Source: Octopus vulgaris
Lineage: Eukaryota
Assembly: GCA_951406725.2 (NCBI GenBank)
Contig: OX597827.1
Span: 59,768,001-59,832,000 of the forward strand
Direction of reading: 5' to 3'
Length of the DNA stretch: 64,000 nucleotides
This document shows positions 1-16,699 of this stretch, in pieces (within the stretch, counting starts at the first letter, position 1; the number at the start of each line of letters is the position of its first letter). The notes below the pieces were generated by a model. It did not search any database and was not told the DNA's origin. It saw only the letters and a list, made by a program, of their open reading frames with translations. The translations under genes were made by a program, and so were the position numbers.

Positions 1-224
1 CGATAAAAAATAAGTAGTGGTGGTGGGGAGGTGGATATGTATGTCTCTAGTGCAATGCTTGATGCCAGCAAAACCTGCCTCTAGCTTACAGGTCCAGAAG
101 GCTGGAGGACATTCGTCGATTTCAAAGCGTTTAGGGTGTGGGACAACCACCTTCCTGAACGGGGCGACAGTTCATCGGAGGTTTAATTCACAAATAACAC
201 CGATGATTTAATCAAATTTCAGTC

Positions 225-675
225 GAGTACACTTGGTGCGTGTTCAAGGATACGACATGCCACCCGACCAGAGAATCGAAATCTACTTCCTAACGTTCGT
301 TAGTCCTGCACTTCTAACCATCAGGCCACGCACCCCAATACGAAACAAGTGAAAATTTAAAAGGAATAATAATAATAATAATAATTATAATAATAATGTT
401 TTCTATTGTAGGCACAAGGCCTGGCATTTTGTGGATGGGAGTAAGTTGATGACATCGACCCCAGTACTTGACTGGTACCTTATTTATCGATCCCGAAGGG
501 AGGAAAGGCAAAGTTGACCTCGGCGGAATTTTAAATAACCATGTCGCGCACATATGGTTGAGATGTATGAGCTTGGTGTAGGTACCCTTATCAGACGGGT
601 AGTCCATGATGGGTCTGTTGGGCTTCGTATATTTGTACCTCAGTGCCACTTTGATGGCATGCGCTACTCTCTCAA
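225..675. mobile_element. Cluster of tRNA-derived SINE fragments in the intron
   Basis: Reverse A-box-like ctaaccatcaggccac near 314-330. 400-535 matches the dispersed family at 21083, 33410 and 38325. 540-675 looks like a SINE 3' end running into (AAT)n. Confidence 0.7.
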
Positions 676-767
676 TAATAATAAAAATAACAACAATAAC
701 AACAACAGCAACAACATCAACGACGACAACAACAACACTAATAATAATAATAATAATAATAACAAGT

Positions 768-773
768 ACTTAC
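768..773 (-). other. 5' splice donor GTAAGT of the intron after the first coding exon
   Basis: + strand acttac at 768-773 is a perfect GTAAGT directly after the ...KRL codons. It explains the apparent stop of the 770..1636 ORF. Confidence 0.9.
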
Positions 774-976
774 AATCTCTTTGTGTCCTTGGGTATATCA
801 CTCGGTACATATTGCAGATTCCGAAAGCTACAGTCCACAGTGGTTCCAATGCATGAACAACTAGTCGGACAATTGCGGCCCGTGCTGAAACCGTTGTACA
901 TTCTCATGGCCAGTCCGTAGCGGGCATCGACCTGTGGTAAAGCCAAGGTTAACATGAACACTAGTAAAAAGCGCAT
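774..976 (-). CDS. slit: First coding exon of a Slit-like secreted LRR protein (signal peptide plus LRR N-terminal cap); the rest of the gene lies left of the window
   Basis: MRFLLVFMLTLALPQVDA is a hydrophobic signal peptide. It is followed by CPTSCSCIGTTVDCSFRNLQYVPSDIPKDTKRL, matching the Slit LRRNT (cf. vertebrate CPAQCSCSGSTVDC...VPRNIPRNTERL). The exon ends AGA TT|GTAAGT, a phase-2 donor, where I recall Slit exon 1 ending. Other LRRNT proteins are not fully excluded. Confidence 0.8.
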
Positions 977-1085
977 TGCCGACGGGTGACAACCAAAGTG
1001 GCGACCACCGGAGGAAGTTGGGCCAGAGAGCGAGGAGGCCCCAGAGAACGAAGATTTAATTCCAGTCGTCGACGACATCATTGCA

Positions 1086-1123
<38 letters not shown>

Positions 1124-1573
1124 TTTGTTGTTGTTTTTCGTAGTAACTAGTTGATCCCGTGTCGATAATATTGATGGAGGTGGTGGTGGTGGTTGTAGTG
1201 CTGATGATGACAATGACGACGACGACGATGAAGCTGGTGATGGCGATGATGGTGACGGTGGGAATAGCGGTAATGGCGCCGACGTTGGCGCGTGTGAAGG
1301 GATGGGTACGGTGACTGAAGTTGAAATGAGGGGCGATATGACGGAAGCAGACAAAGGAGTAGCAATAGTAGTAATAGTAGTATTATCCGTTGCAGTTGTA
1401 GTAGTAGTAATATTATTATTATAATTATAATAATTATTATTATTATTAGTAGTAGTAGTAGTAGTAGTAGTAGTAATAGTACCACGTGAAGAGGGCATAA
1501 AACACGAAGTTGTTTTTTCAGGTGTTTTACTAGTTGTTGTTGTCACTCGAACCATCATCGCCGTTTTCGTCAT
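977..1573 (-). CDS. Possible in-frame low-complexity N-terminal extension (T/N/S/P runs) of the Slit-like exon
   Basis: The frame is open from ATG 1573 (further in-frame ATGs at 1558, 1555, 1498, 1081, 1078) to the signal-peptide ATG. Only trinucleotide repeats occur inside it. Confidence 0.4.
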
Positions 1574-3634
1574 CGCTGTTGTACCGATGTTGTTGTTGTA
1601 GTTGTAGTTGTTGTTGTGATCTTTTGCGATTGCCAATATTGGAATTGTCGACGGTTTTTTTTTTTTTAGTGTAGCAATTGTTATTGTTGTTGTTGTTGTT
1701 GTTGTGGTAGTGGTAGTGGTTGTTGTTAGTGTTGTAGTTTGTAGTTAGTTGTCGATGGAGTTAAAAGAGATGGATTTTTTTGGGGGGGGGTGAATTTTAT
1801 CGGTGTTGTTGTGTTGGAGGTGTTAAAATTGTAAAAATTGAAAAAATTTGTAACTGTTGCTGTTGTTGTTGTTGTTGTTATTGTTGTTGCTGTTGTTGTT
1901 GTGGTGGTGTTGGTGTTGTTGTTGTTCTTGTTGCTGTTGCAGCGTGTTTCAGGAGCACGTAGATCATCTGTCGGCTCCGAAGGTGAAAAAACTACTGACA
2001 ACACACCACACACAGAAAAATGTTTTGACAGGAGAAAGCGGAGCTGAAGCGAGAACACTCCTCCTGTCTCTGTCTTACTACTCCTTCTTCTTCTTCTTCT
2101 TCTTGTTGCTGCTCTGTTGTTGTCCGCGTCGCTGACTAATAATACCCCCACACACACACACTCACATACACACACACATACACATACACACTGCTCAAAC
2201 CCAGAACGAGGATTTGGGACACAACCACGGCGGCGACGACGACGACGACGGCCACTACCACCAGCACCACCACCACTATCACTACCGCTACCACCACGGC
2301 AGCAGCAGCAGCAGTAGCAGCAGCAGCGGAGACGGCGGTGTCGGAAGTATCGGCGGCGGCGTCGAGTGGTGGGGGGGAATCCTCTGTGAGGACAGGTGCA
2401 GCTGCAAAAGTAATTACCGCCGCTGTTACCCAGAGAGAAGAGCAAGTGGAAAACTTCGGAACGCTTCGATCGACATCGATAATGCTATAGCGACGGCGGC
2501 GACGGGCAGAAATAGTGGTGGTGGTGGTGGTGGTGATGGTGGTGGTGGTGATGGAAGTGAGGGGGTGGTGGTGGCTGATAAAGGCGGCGGCGATGACGAA
2601 GGGAGGGAGGGAGGAGAAAGAGGAGGAGGTGACGCAGGAGAAGGAGGAGGAGGAGAAGGAGGAGCGCGAAGAGGAGGAGGAGTAGTAAGAGGAAGGGTAT
2701 GATGTTCTTCTTGTGGTTGTTGAAAGGTGATTGGTGGGGTAGTGGGTGGGGGGGGGGACGCTAGCGCTATTGGCTTTATTGCTGCTGCATGTGGTGCGGT
2801 TGGTGGTGGTGGTGGCGGTGGTGGAGATGACGGCGGCGGCGGCGGCGATGGTGGAGTGGTAGTGGAAGTGGTGGTGTTAGTATTGACGATGGTGAGGGGG
2901 AGATCGCAGGGCTAGTTGCATCGCTGCTCCTAACACAAATCGGGCGCTGATATGAGCGATGCCCGAGGCCTGGGTTAACATAGTTGGGGAATTTAGTTTG
3001 AAAAAAAAAAAAAACGAGAGTAAAATACCCCAGGAGGTAATGTTTTATTTATTTATTTATTTATTTAGTCGCCTCACCGTGCCTTTTTTTTTTTTTTTTT
3101 TTCCTTTCCACCCACTTTTTTTTTTTTACAGTTCTCTTTCGTTCGTACTTTATTTCTTTGTTTAAATTTCGACGCGGGCGTAAAGTATTCGAGGAGGGCA
3201 GAGCACGTTCTTACACTCTCACCTAAACAAAGTTACATTGTTAAACTCATGCGCGCACACAGAAACGTACAGAGTGTTCGACAGACAGAGAGAAAAACCC
3301 GGGTGAAAGAATGTGTCTGTATGTGAGTTATACATACATACATACACAAACATATATATATATACATGAACTAATCTACATTTAAAGGTTTGAGGCGCAG
3401 AATCATTCACGAACACTCACACATACGCACAAACACAAGCACACACACGCATATATATATATATTTGCGTACAATGACACGAAATATAAAACTATATACA
3501 GACACTACCGCAGCTCTTACTGGTTCCAGAGGCGCTCCGTTAAAGGCAGTTTATAAATTTTAACACCTGAAAGTTTACAACAAGCCGACAGCAGTTGGGA
3601 AGAGCTCCGCAAAATTTGCTGCCGATGTATGTAC

Positions 3635-3666
<32 letters not shown>

Positions 3667-3718
3667 ATATTGATAGAAATGGTAAGACAACAAAAGAATG
3701 AAAGATATATATATATGT

Positions 3719-3749
<31 letters not shown>

Positions 3750-4326
3750 TATGTGTGTGTGTGTGTGTGTCACCTGTTAGTGTCAGTGTGTGTATGTTGA
3801 ATATGCGGCGCGTTTATGTGTGTGTGTGTGTATAGGGAGAGTACGTATATGTGTGCGTATGTGTGTGTCTGTGAAGATGAGTTTATATAAATGTGTGTGG
3901 AAGAGGGTATGTATGTATTATGTATATATGTATGTATGTATGCCTGGGTACCTGTGACAAGGTGCTTGTTTTATGTATGAGACGTGTGTGTGTATATATG
4001 TATGTGTGTGTGTGTATAGTGCTGAGATAGTTTTTATGTGCGCGTATCTATGTACGAGAACCTGTTTGTCGCGTATGGAAGGGTGTGTGAAGTCGCGGCA
4101 TGTCTAGTAATAAATATACAAACTCAGAGAAAGCGTGTGTGCAGGTAATTTTTTTTTTTCTGAGAAAAACCTATGCGCGTGTTTATACAACTACCACGAA
4201 CATGTGAGGCTTTTAAAACTCCTGTTGCTGTTAAATCTTCAATTTATTATTATCACTATCATTATTATCATTATCATTATTATTGTTATTATTATTATAA
4301 TTATTATTATTATTATTTATCAATAT

Positions 4327-4572
4327 TAGCGGTATTTCGCCCGTCGTCGCCACGTTCTGAGTTCAAATTTCACCGTGGTCGACTTTACCTTTCATCCTTT
4401 CGGGATCGATAAATAAAGTGCGCGATATGGTTATTTAAAATTCCGCCGAGGTCGACTTTGCCTTTCCTCCCTTCGGGATCGATAACTAAAGTACCAGTCA
4501 AGTACTGGGGGTCGATGTGATCAACTTACTCCCTACCCCAAAATTTCAGGCCTTGTGCCTATATTAGAAAGC
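4327..4572 (+). mobile_element. SINE (family B, gagttcaaattccgccgaggtcgactttgcctttcatcctttcgg) with internal partial duplication
   Basis: B-box GAGTTCAAATT, central domain shared with many other copies in the window, (ATT)n tail. Confidence 0.8.
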
Positions 4573-4814
4573 ATTATTATTATTATATTATTATTATTAT
4601 TATTATTATTACTACAACTACTATTATTATTATTATTATTTTCTTTCAGTTTGAAGTTGCGAAGTCTCTTTTTTTTTTAGCAAACAAACAATTTTAGTTG
4701 TTGTTGTTGTTGGTGTGACTGTTGTTGATCTTGTTGCTGTTTCTTGTAACAGAGATAACAATAGTGATACAATTGTTTCCTTTGTAAGACATCCAACTGA
4801 AGAATGTGTGTGTG

Positions 4815-4860
<46 letters not shown>

Positions 4861-5371
4861 ATATATATATGGATCGCAAGAATCACTCCGTTTTCGTAAA
4901 AGTATTTCCTTCGTAATGTTTCCCTTCTGAACTCCTTTAAATCCACTAGATGTTCTTCTTGTTATTGTTGTTGTGGTCGTTGCTTTACTGCTGGTGTAAT
5001 TTTGTGTGTGTGTTTGGATGTTATGTCTAAGTCCGTTGTTAAGGGTATTGCAATTTTCAAATATTACTGTTGCGGTTGTTGTTGTTGTTGTTGGTTGTTG
5101 TTGTGATGATGGTAGTGGTGGTGGTGGTGGTGGTGGTGGTGGTGGTGGTGGTAGTGGTGGTAGATGCGCATGGAGTTGATTAATGTTATTGTAGTTTAAC
5201 GTTTTGATGTGTGTGCTATAATTTTCTAAACAAGCTGAGTTGACTAGACAGAGAGATAGATAGATTAACAGACAGATACAAAGATGCAGTCAATCAGATA
5301 GACAGGCAGACAGACAGACAGACAGGCAGCCAGACAGACAGACAGACAGATAGATAGACAGACGGACAGTG

Positions 5372-5458
<87 letters not shown>

Positions 5459-5632
5459 TAAGATAGATAAGATAGATAGGCAGATAGATAGATAAGATAG
5501 ACAGACAGACAAACAGCTAGCCAGACAGATAGATACACAGATATATATATATATATATATAGATAGATATACAGACAGAGAGACAGAGAGACAAACAGGT
5601 AGATAGATAGATAGACAGACAGACGAGCAGTG

Positions 5633-5700
<68 letters not shown>

Positions 5701-6410
5701 TGATAGATAGATAGATAGATAGACAGACAGTTTGATTGATGTGGCTAGTTACTCTTAAATGATAGTGGATATGTATGTGAATAGCGATGACTATAGCTAT
5801 AGTGTTGGTGTTTCTATTGTTAATGTTTGACTGAAAGTTAACGTAATGGTGTGTTTAAATACGTGTATTTGTGCGTATGTGAATGTTAATAAGTATATAT
5901 TGTATTTAAATGAATTTAATGGTGGTTAGAAGTGGTAGGTGACAGCTTTTTACTTAACTATTTCGTAAACCGACGTGCTTGTTCGAACAAACTGACAACT
6001 GCCACCCTATCTAACAACATTGTTGTGTGGTTCTGCCTTGAGAAAGATAGGCCGATAGACAGACAGACAGATAGATAGATAAATAAATAGATAGATTGGT
6101 AGATAGATGAATGCACACCTCACCGGTGTAAAAAGGTTGTATTGTTTTGATATTGGCTTCTGATCTTTCTTTGCTGTTGTAGTTGTTGTTGTTGTTGGTG
6201 GTGGTGGATGATGATTATGATGATTATGATGATGATGACGATGATTACCGCTGCGATCTGATTGCTCTTTTTTACTTCCTTCTTTTACATAAAATATAAT
6301 AAAAATGACTGAGAAAAATGGGAAAAGAAAAAAAAAAACAAATCCACAGACTTTGGGCCAGTTAGGAGTTTTTTCTTTTCGATCGATCTATTATCAGAAG
6401 ATACGACTAA

Positions 6411-6470
<60 letters not shown>

Positions 6471-6522
6471 TACACACCCGTCTTCGTCTTCTGCTTTTTT
6501 GTAAATTCTTACTATATAAGAC

Positions 6523-6576
<54 letters not shown>

Positions 6577-7047
6577 TGTATGTTTTTAGTGTGTGTGTGT
6601 GTTTGTGGCTGCTTATGGACGACTCGTGTGTTTTGATATAAAAGTATATACCGATATGAAAGATATATATCTCTAGAAGGCTGGCTTGTAGTTATTTACT
6701 GTTGATGTTGCTGTTGTTTAGAAGCGAGCCAAAAAGTATCAGTGAGAATGAGTGGCGGAGGGGGAAGTTTTGGGCAACAGTGGTGGTGGTGGTGGTGCTG
6801 GTGGTGGTATTGGCGGGTAATTCTGGTTCCTGTCGTTGTCGATCACCTCCCGCTCCTCCTCCTCCTCCTCCTCCTGCTCCGGCTTCGCCCGTCTGTCTGC
6901 TTGCCTGACTGTCCGTCTGCCTGGCCAGCTCAGCTAAATATAATATAATACACTCTATTGTATGTGTGTAAAACGATTTTTTTTTTTTTTACTCAAGTCA
7001 GCTCGGCCGTTTCGCGTAAACTGTGTGAGGTTCAGCAACGCAACACG

Positions 7048-7083
<36 letters not shown>

Positions 7084-7504
7084 CTCTCTGTTTCTCTTTC
7101 TCCCTCTCTCTCTTGCATACACGCATACTCGTACACACACACACACACACACATTGGTTCTGCTTTCTCTTTCTTTTCCTGCTAAGATTGTTTCCCCGCT
7201 CCACGCCCCCTTTACTTTTCCTCTTTGTTTCTTACTGCGACGACAGCAACAAGAATACATTGCCACTACAAACACAAACACACACACACACACACACACG
7301 TATACATCCCACATCTACACTCTCTCTTACACATATATAGAAAACACTTGTCCGTACTCATATATACATAAGTGCAAACATACATACATACATACATGCA
7401 TACATACATACATACATACATACATACATACATACATACATGCATACAAACGTGTGTATATGAGTCTTTCTCTATATCTATCTATCTATCTATCTAGCTA
7501 GCTA

Positions 7505-7551
<47 letters not shown>

Positions 7552-7730
7552 TTATTTATACCTCTCTCTGTCCGTCAGTCTGTCTGTCTATCTGCCTGTC
7601 TGTCTGTCTGTCTGTCTGTCTCTCGCTCTTTGTATACACACACACACACACACACATATATATAAGTACTGTATGTGTGTCTATATTTATGTTTATACAC
7701 ATAAGCACCTTATATCATACACACACACAG

Positions 7731-7780
<50 letters not shown>

Positions 7781-7873
7781 GTAGGTCCCGGGTTGATTCG
7801 GGGTTAACCACAGTAAATAAGAGATTTCTCTTGAATGAAACAGTTCTAGTCCTGTAGAAGCTCCTTCTATATA

Positions 7874-7880
<7 letters not shown>
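7781..7880. mobile_element. Rearranged Penelope-like terminal repeat fragment (same family as 55764-55900)
   Basis: 7781-7821 is the reverse complement of 55860-55900. 7822-7870 is a direct, 5'-truncated copy of the hammerhead at 55775-55820. Both sides are flanked by (TA)n. Confidence 0.75.
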
Positions 7881-7915
<35 letters not shown>

Positions 7916-7955
7916 GTTCACACACATATATGTACACACACAGTGCGCGCGCAGA

Positions 7956-7986
<31 letters not shown>

Positions 7987-8272
7987 CCCCGGTCATTGAC
8001 TTCTCTCCTCTCCCCTCATTCACTTCATCAGGTCTTACCCTTTACCTTACATGTATTTCCTCCACCCTCACCCTCACTCTCCATCTTACTTTTCCTTTCA
8101 CTTCCTCCACCCCTTTCCCATTCTGTCTGTCACTCTTTCGCGGTCTTTGATATATATTTTATGTGTATTTGTACCTGTCTAAGTGTGTGTGTATGTGTGT
8201 GTTCGCGCGCGCACATTAAAAGCCTCTTCATTTCTGTAGCTCTGTCACTATTCCTATGTGTTAGTGAATGTG

Positions 8273-8315
<43 letters not shown>

Positions 8316-8483
8316 AAATATATATGTATATATATATGCATGCGTTTGTGTGTGTGTGCACTATCTAGCAGTCTATCTGTTTATTTATCTCCGTTTCTCT
8401 GTTTAACTGCCTATATACATATATACATACTCACACACACACACACATACGCACGAGAGGGAGAGAGAGAGAGACAGACAGAC

Positions 8484-8528
<45 letters not shown>

Positions 8529-8551
8529 TACATGATGTCAAGCAGACAGAC

Positions 8552-8653
<102 letters not shown>

Positions 8654-8924
8654 CAGACCGACAGATAGATATCTTGTGTTAAGTATTGCTCTCCCAGGTC
8701 ATCTCTCAGTTTTCTTTACTCTTTCGCCCTCCTTCTACCTGTCTTTCTCTCTCTCTCTCCCTCTCTCTCATTCTCTGTTTCCTCTCCCTTAGCAAGATAC
8801 ATTTTACTCTCTCCTTTTTTTTTTACCATTTTAACCCTTGCTTCTTCTCCATCTTCGCATAACATTCTTGTACATGTTACGTCTGTGTGCGTGTGTTGGT
8901 GAGTAAAAGTTCAGAGTGCGTGTG

Positions 8925-9034
<110 letters not shown>

Positions 9035-9084
9035 TGCGTTTGTGTGTGTGTCTCTGTGTGTGTCTGTGTTTGCGTGTAACTTAC

Positions 9085-9479
9085 CTCTTACTCGTTTCAA
9101 TCATTAGACTGCGCCCATGCTGAGGCACCGCCTTGAAGAATTTTAGTCGAACGAATCGACCCCAGCATTCATCTTTTAAACTTGGTACTTTTTCTATTGG
9201 TTCTCTTTTGCCGAACCGTTAAGTTACGGGGACATAAACACACCGACACCGGTTGTCAAACGGGGAACAAGCACACAGACACAAACAACCCCCCCCCCAC
9301 ACACACACACACAAACATATATATACAAAGGGCTTCTTTCAGTTTCCGTCTACCAACTCCAGTCACAGGGCTTTGGTCGGTCAGAAGCTACAGTAGACAT
9401 CTTACCGAAAGTGCCATGCAGTGGGACTGAACCCGGAATCATGTGGTTGGGAAGCAAGCTTCTTACCATACTGCGCCAA

Positions 9480-9480
<1 letters not shown>
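9085..9480 (-). mobile_element. tRNA-derived CORE-type SINE (family A) with internal microsatellite
   Basis: The family has a tRNA-like head (tggctgtgtggtaag...gggttcagtccc), a CCTTGGGCAAGT-like CORE motif, internal (TA)n(TG)n and a conserved 3' half. Copies recur at 16095, 19435, 27048, 38630, 49905 and 61200. Confidence 0.85.
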
Positions 9481-12750
<3,270 letters not shown>

Positions 12751-12888
12751 ACTTGGAAATGTATGAGTACGTTCCATTAAATAATAAATAATATATGTAT
12801 ATATATATATAATAAATATTAGGGAATAAATCCAAATTTACAGGGAAAAATCAGATTTAGGATTAAATCCAATTTTATAGTAAAATAT

Positions 12889-13148
12889 TATATAATATAA
12901 TTCGAGACAAAACCACTATTTTGCAAAACAAACAAGGAAAGACTTAATCAATACATAAAAAATTTTTAATATAAAGAAATAAACCGCCACTACATTAAAA
13001 CAGATTAGGAGATCGAAAATCCACCTGACGAATGTCATTGAAGACGTGAAACGATTGTAGTGGCGGTTTATTTCTTTATATTAAAAATTTTATGTATTGA
13101 TTAAGTCTTTCCTTGTTTGTTTTGCAAAATAGTGGTTTTGTCTCGAAT

Positions 13149-13159
<11 letters not shown>
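12889..13159. repeat. ~105-bp inverted repeat enclosing a hammerhead (inverted Penelope-like terminal repeats)
   Basis: Arms 12889-12994 and 13056-13159 are near-perfect reverse complements, with one small indel in an A/T run. Confidence 0.9.
13021..13063 (+). ncRNA. Minimal type I hammerhead ribozyme
   Basis: CCAC-CTGACGA-ATGTC(attgaa)GACGT-GAAA-CGATTG-TA-GTGG: stem I CCAC/GTGG, intact core, stem II, near-palindromic stem III. Predicted GUA cleavage after 13059. Confidence 0.85.
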
Positions 13160-13190
<31 letters not shown>

Positions 13191-13199
13191 GCATACATG

Positions 13200-13897
13200 G
13201 GTACAGGACATCACCAGCGGTGCAAATAGCATGAAATACACAAACAAACTTTAAATACGTAAACAACGTGGAAAAAAATGGTAAACAGAACAAGTAAACA
13301 GAGAGAAAGGACCCTTCATCAGTTGTTGTCTTTCTATCCATTCTTCATATCGAGCATTCAACGACAGTATATGTCTTCAAAGACAGTTGCTCTCATAAAT
13401 TCTAAAAACTGTTTTCTTCTCTAATTCCCCTTTTCTCCCCTCCCTCCTTCATTGTTTTCTATCTGTATCTCCCTCTCCTCTCTTTCTCTCTCGTTCTCCG
13501 TGCTCATATGTGACCATCGTCCATCTTACTTTTCTTCACGTCACCATCTTTCTTATCCTGCACGGACGTTCAAAAGAGCGGACGTGTTTTTTCTATCTTT
13601 ATTGTTTTCACTATTTTCCTCTAGTTCTGGTCTATGCTTGTTTTCCTTCGGTTTCCTTGTATGTCCCACTATCATGTTTTTGTTCCTGGCTTTGGCCCTC
13701 CATAAATCCTAAATTTTTATTTTAGAATTTATAGGAGCAACTGTCTCATATTGTCGTTGAATGCTTGAAATGAGGAGTAGATAAGACAGCCAACAACTGA
13801 TGAAAGGTCCTTTCTCTGTGTTTATTTGTCCTGTTTTCCTGTTTTTTCTCGTTGTTTACGTATTTCATGTTATTTGCACCGTTGGTGACATCCTGTA
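13200..13897. repeat. Diverged ~180-200-bp inverted repeat (probable Penelope-like inverted termini)
   Basis: 13200-13407 is an imperfect reverse complement of 13720-13897, e.g. gagaaaggacccttcatcagttgttg versus caacaactgatgaaaggtcctttctc. Confidence 0.75.
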
Positions 13898-14139
13898 AAG
13901 AAATAAATATGTAATAAAGAAATAATTATATGGTAAAACACTACACGGGAGAACGAGAAAGCAACATACGGAAAGAATGGATGTCACACAAAGTACGCAG
14001 GCACTTCATCCCACATGAGTTATCGACCAAAGACCATCACAATTTCGACACATTGTATATAATGTGTGTGTGTGTGTGTGTGTGTGCTCGCGCGCGTTTT
14101 TGTGCTTGTGTGTGTAGATAAATAGCTAGCTAGCTAGAA

Positions 14140-14199
<60 letters not shown>

Positions 14200-15074
14200 A
14201 AATGAGGATATATGAGAAAAAGTATCCACACACGCAGTGTGTAAAAAATGCAGATGTTTATAAAGAAAGAACTCAGTTGAAGGAGACAGAACAGGTTATA
14301 AATTTTGAAGTCGAAGGGGACAGAGTAAGTTATAAGCTGAAATCACGCAGGTTGCGCCTCTGAGTTTCATATTTTGCCGATTCCTAATCATAAGTGAATA
14401 CACAGCATGAAAGTCAAAAGAAACTGTTGAATATGCACTTTAGCAATATAAACTCTTTTGATGTATCTGGAACAACTTAGGTTATTGTATAAAACCATCC
14501 GTCGTTCATCCTGTAGTCCTTTTGATATACAGCGACAATTTTAATGAATATTTATTGCATAGTAACTGAACGAAAATTTGTCCAATATTTTTCGTTAGGA
14601 GCGTGGATTAACATATTAATATGATTATTCGTTTTTCTCTCTTTCTTTTTTGTTTTGTGGGGGTGGTTATATTTTTAGGTGATTTAAAACAATTTTTAAA
14701 AATGATTCGGTTTGTTATGACAAAAGATATTTTATAATGAACGATTGTTTAAGAAGTTTCTATGGAGTTAGTCTTTAATATTTCGTTTCACTTCTCTTTT
14801 TTCATTTTGTTTTTCTTTGAAGGTATTAATAACAACGGTCGCTATTCTGTTTCTAAGTTTTGGTATGTTTCAGAATGCTCCAAATAATTTTATGACCTTT
14901 AATCAGGCTGTTTCTCCCAAACACCATTAAAGTTATTCTCAATTAATTCCATAGAAATTTCGGAAACTTCAATGAAATACATTTTGTACAATAAACTATC
15001 GATTTTGAAAGGTTTCGGTCGGGGTTTTTCTTTTCTTTTTTTGAAATCTTATTTGTGTTCGTCTCTTATATGGA

Positions 15075-15135
<61 letters not shown>

Positions 15136-16290
15136 TATACACATACCTACACTAATGCACATATACACATATCCGTTTGTTTTAATCACTGTACTACGGC
15201 AGTGCTGGTTGAGTCGAACAAATCGGCCTCAATAATTGTAACTTTTAAGTCTGGTACTTATTCCATCGGTCTTTTTTGCCGAACCGCAGTGATACGGGGA
15301 AAAAACAAACCAACACCTGTTGTCCAAAAATCCGTACGCCTATTTATATATGCATATATATATGTGTGTGTATGTCTGTTTGCCTATATTCATATATATA
15401 TATATATATGCATGTATGTATGTATGTATATTCATATATGTGAGTGTGTATGTGTCAGTCCATCACACACACACATATATATATATATATGTGACGGACT
15501 GACACATACATACACACACACACATATATATTTATATGAATATACATATATACATACATATATATATATATAGGCAAACAGTCATTTACTTTTTTATTTG
15601 TTTATTTGTTTTCTCCTTATTCTCTTATTTTCTTTGAACCTGTGGTTTATTGTGCATTTGTCTTTTTGATACAAAATAACAGTTTGATAATGAGATGATA
15701 TGAACATCTTCAACAAGATGTATATATTTTTGTGAAATTGGGGTCCATTCAGCACTTTGATTTATACATAGACCTGGAAGAGCGGATATTTTCCAGTATT
15801 GCTCAATGTACTGTTTCATATAATATATAATCATATTACGGCAATGAACTTCTGGTAAATCATCGATGAAATGTCAGCTTACAAACCAGATGCATAAATG
15901 AAATCGATGAAACAATTATAGACTTATGCAATAAAACTTGTTGCTCACTACATTCTCCTTGTTACTGTTTATGTATGTATATGTATGTTTACGCACGTGC
16001 GCGTGCACACACACACACACAGATACACATATATTTCATCATGTTGAACCGTTAATCTTTACACATTTTTCTTTCTTTTCTTTTCTTTTTCTTTTACTTG
16101 CTTCAGTCATTTGACTGCGGCCATGCTGGAGCACCGCCTTTAGTCGAATCAAATCGACATAAGGGCTTATTCTTTGTAATCCTAGTACTTATTCTATCGG
16201 TCTCTTTTGCCGAACCGCTAAGTTACGGGGACGTAAACACACCAGCATCGGTTGTCAAGCAATGGTGGGGGGACAAACACAGACACACAA

Positions 16291-16359
<69 letters not shown>

Positions 16360-16699
16360 ACGGGCTTCTTTCAGTTTCCGTCTACCAAATTCACTCACAA
16401 GACTTTGGTCGGCCCGAAGGTATAGTAGAAGACACTTTCCCAAGGTGCCATGCAGTGGGACTGAACTCGGAACCATGAGGTTTTGGTAAGCAAGCTACTT
16501 TATCTCATCGAATTGACCATGAAGGTCGTACACAGATAAAGGTAGCTGCGGGCTGGACAGAGACATTAATGTGTATGAAAACGACAAAGATGGGAAAAAA
16601 AATAATACTGGGATAACCCCTCGAAATCACTGTTCAATTTAAATCAATATAAATCAAAATTATAATCTCAAAAATTCAAATTACAAAAATATAGTTTTC

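Noticed and set aside
1-767. Second Slit exon (72-nt LRR exon)
   Set aside because: No LxLxxNxI-coding segment with splice sites was found on the - strand. The region is SINE fragments and (AAT/AAC)n.
1726-2915. GC-rich ORFs (239 aa on -, 162 aa on +) upstream of the Slit-like exon
   Set aside because: They consist of triplet-repeat low-complexity sequence with mono- and dinucleotide runs and no domain signal. More likely 5' UTR or promoter-proximal DNA.
13797-13830. CTGATGA motifs at 13798, 21719, 31923 and 60184, and a hammerhead-like string at 58185
   Set aside because: No correctly placed stem II-GAAA-stem III-UH and stem I could be built; 58185 lacks the CUG.
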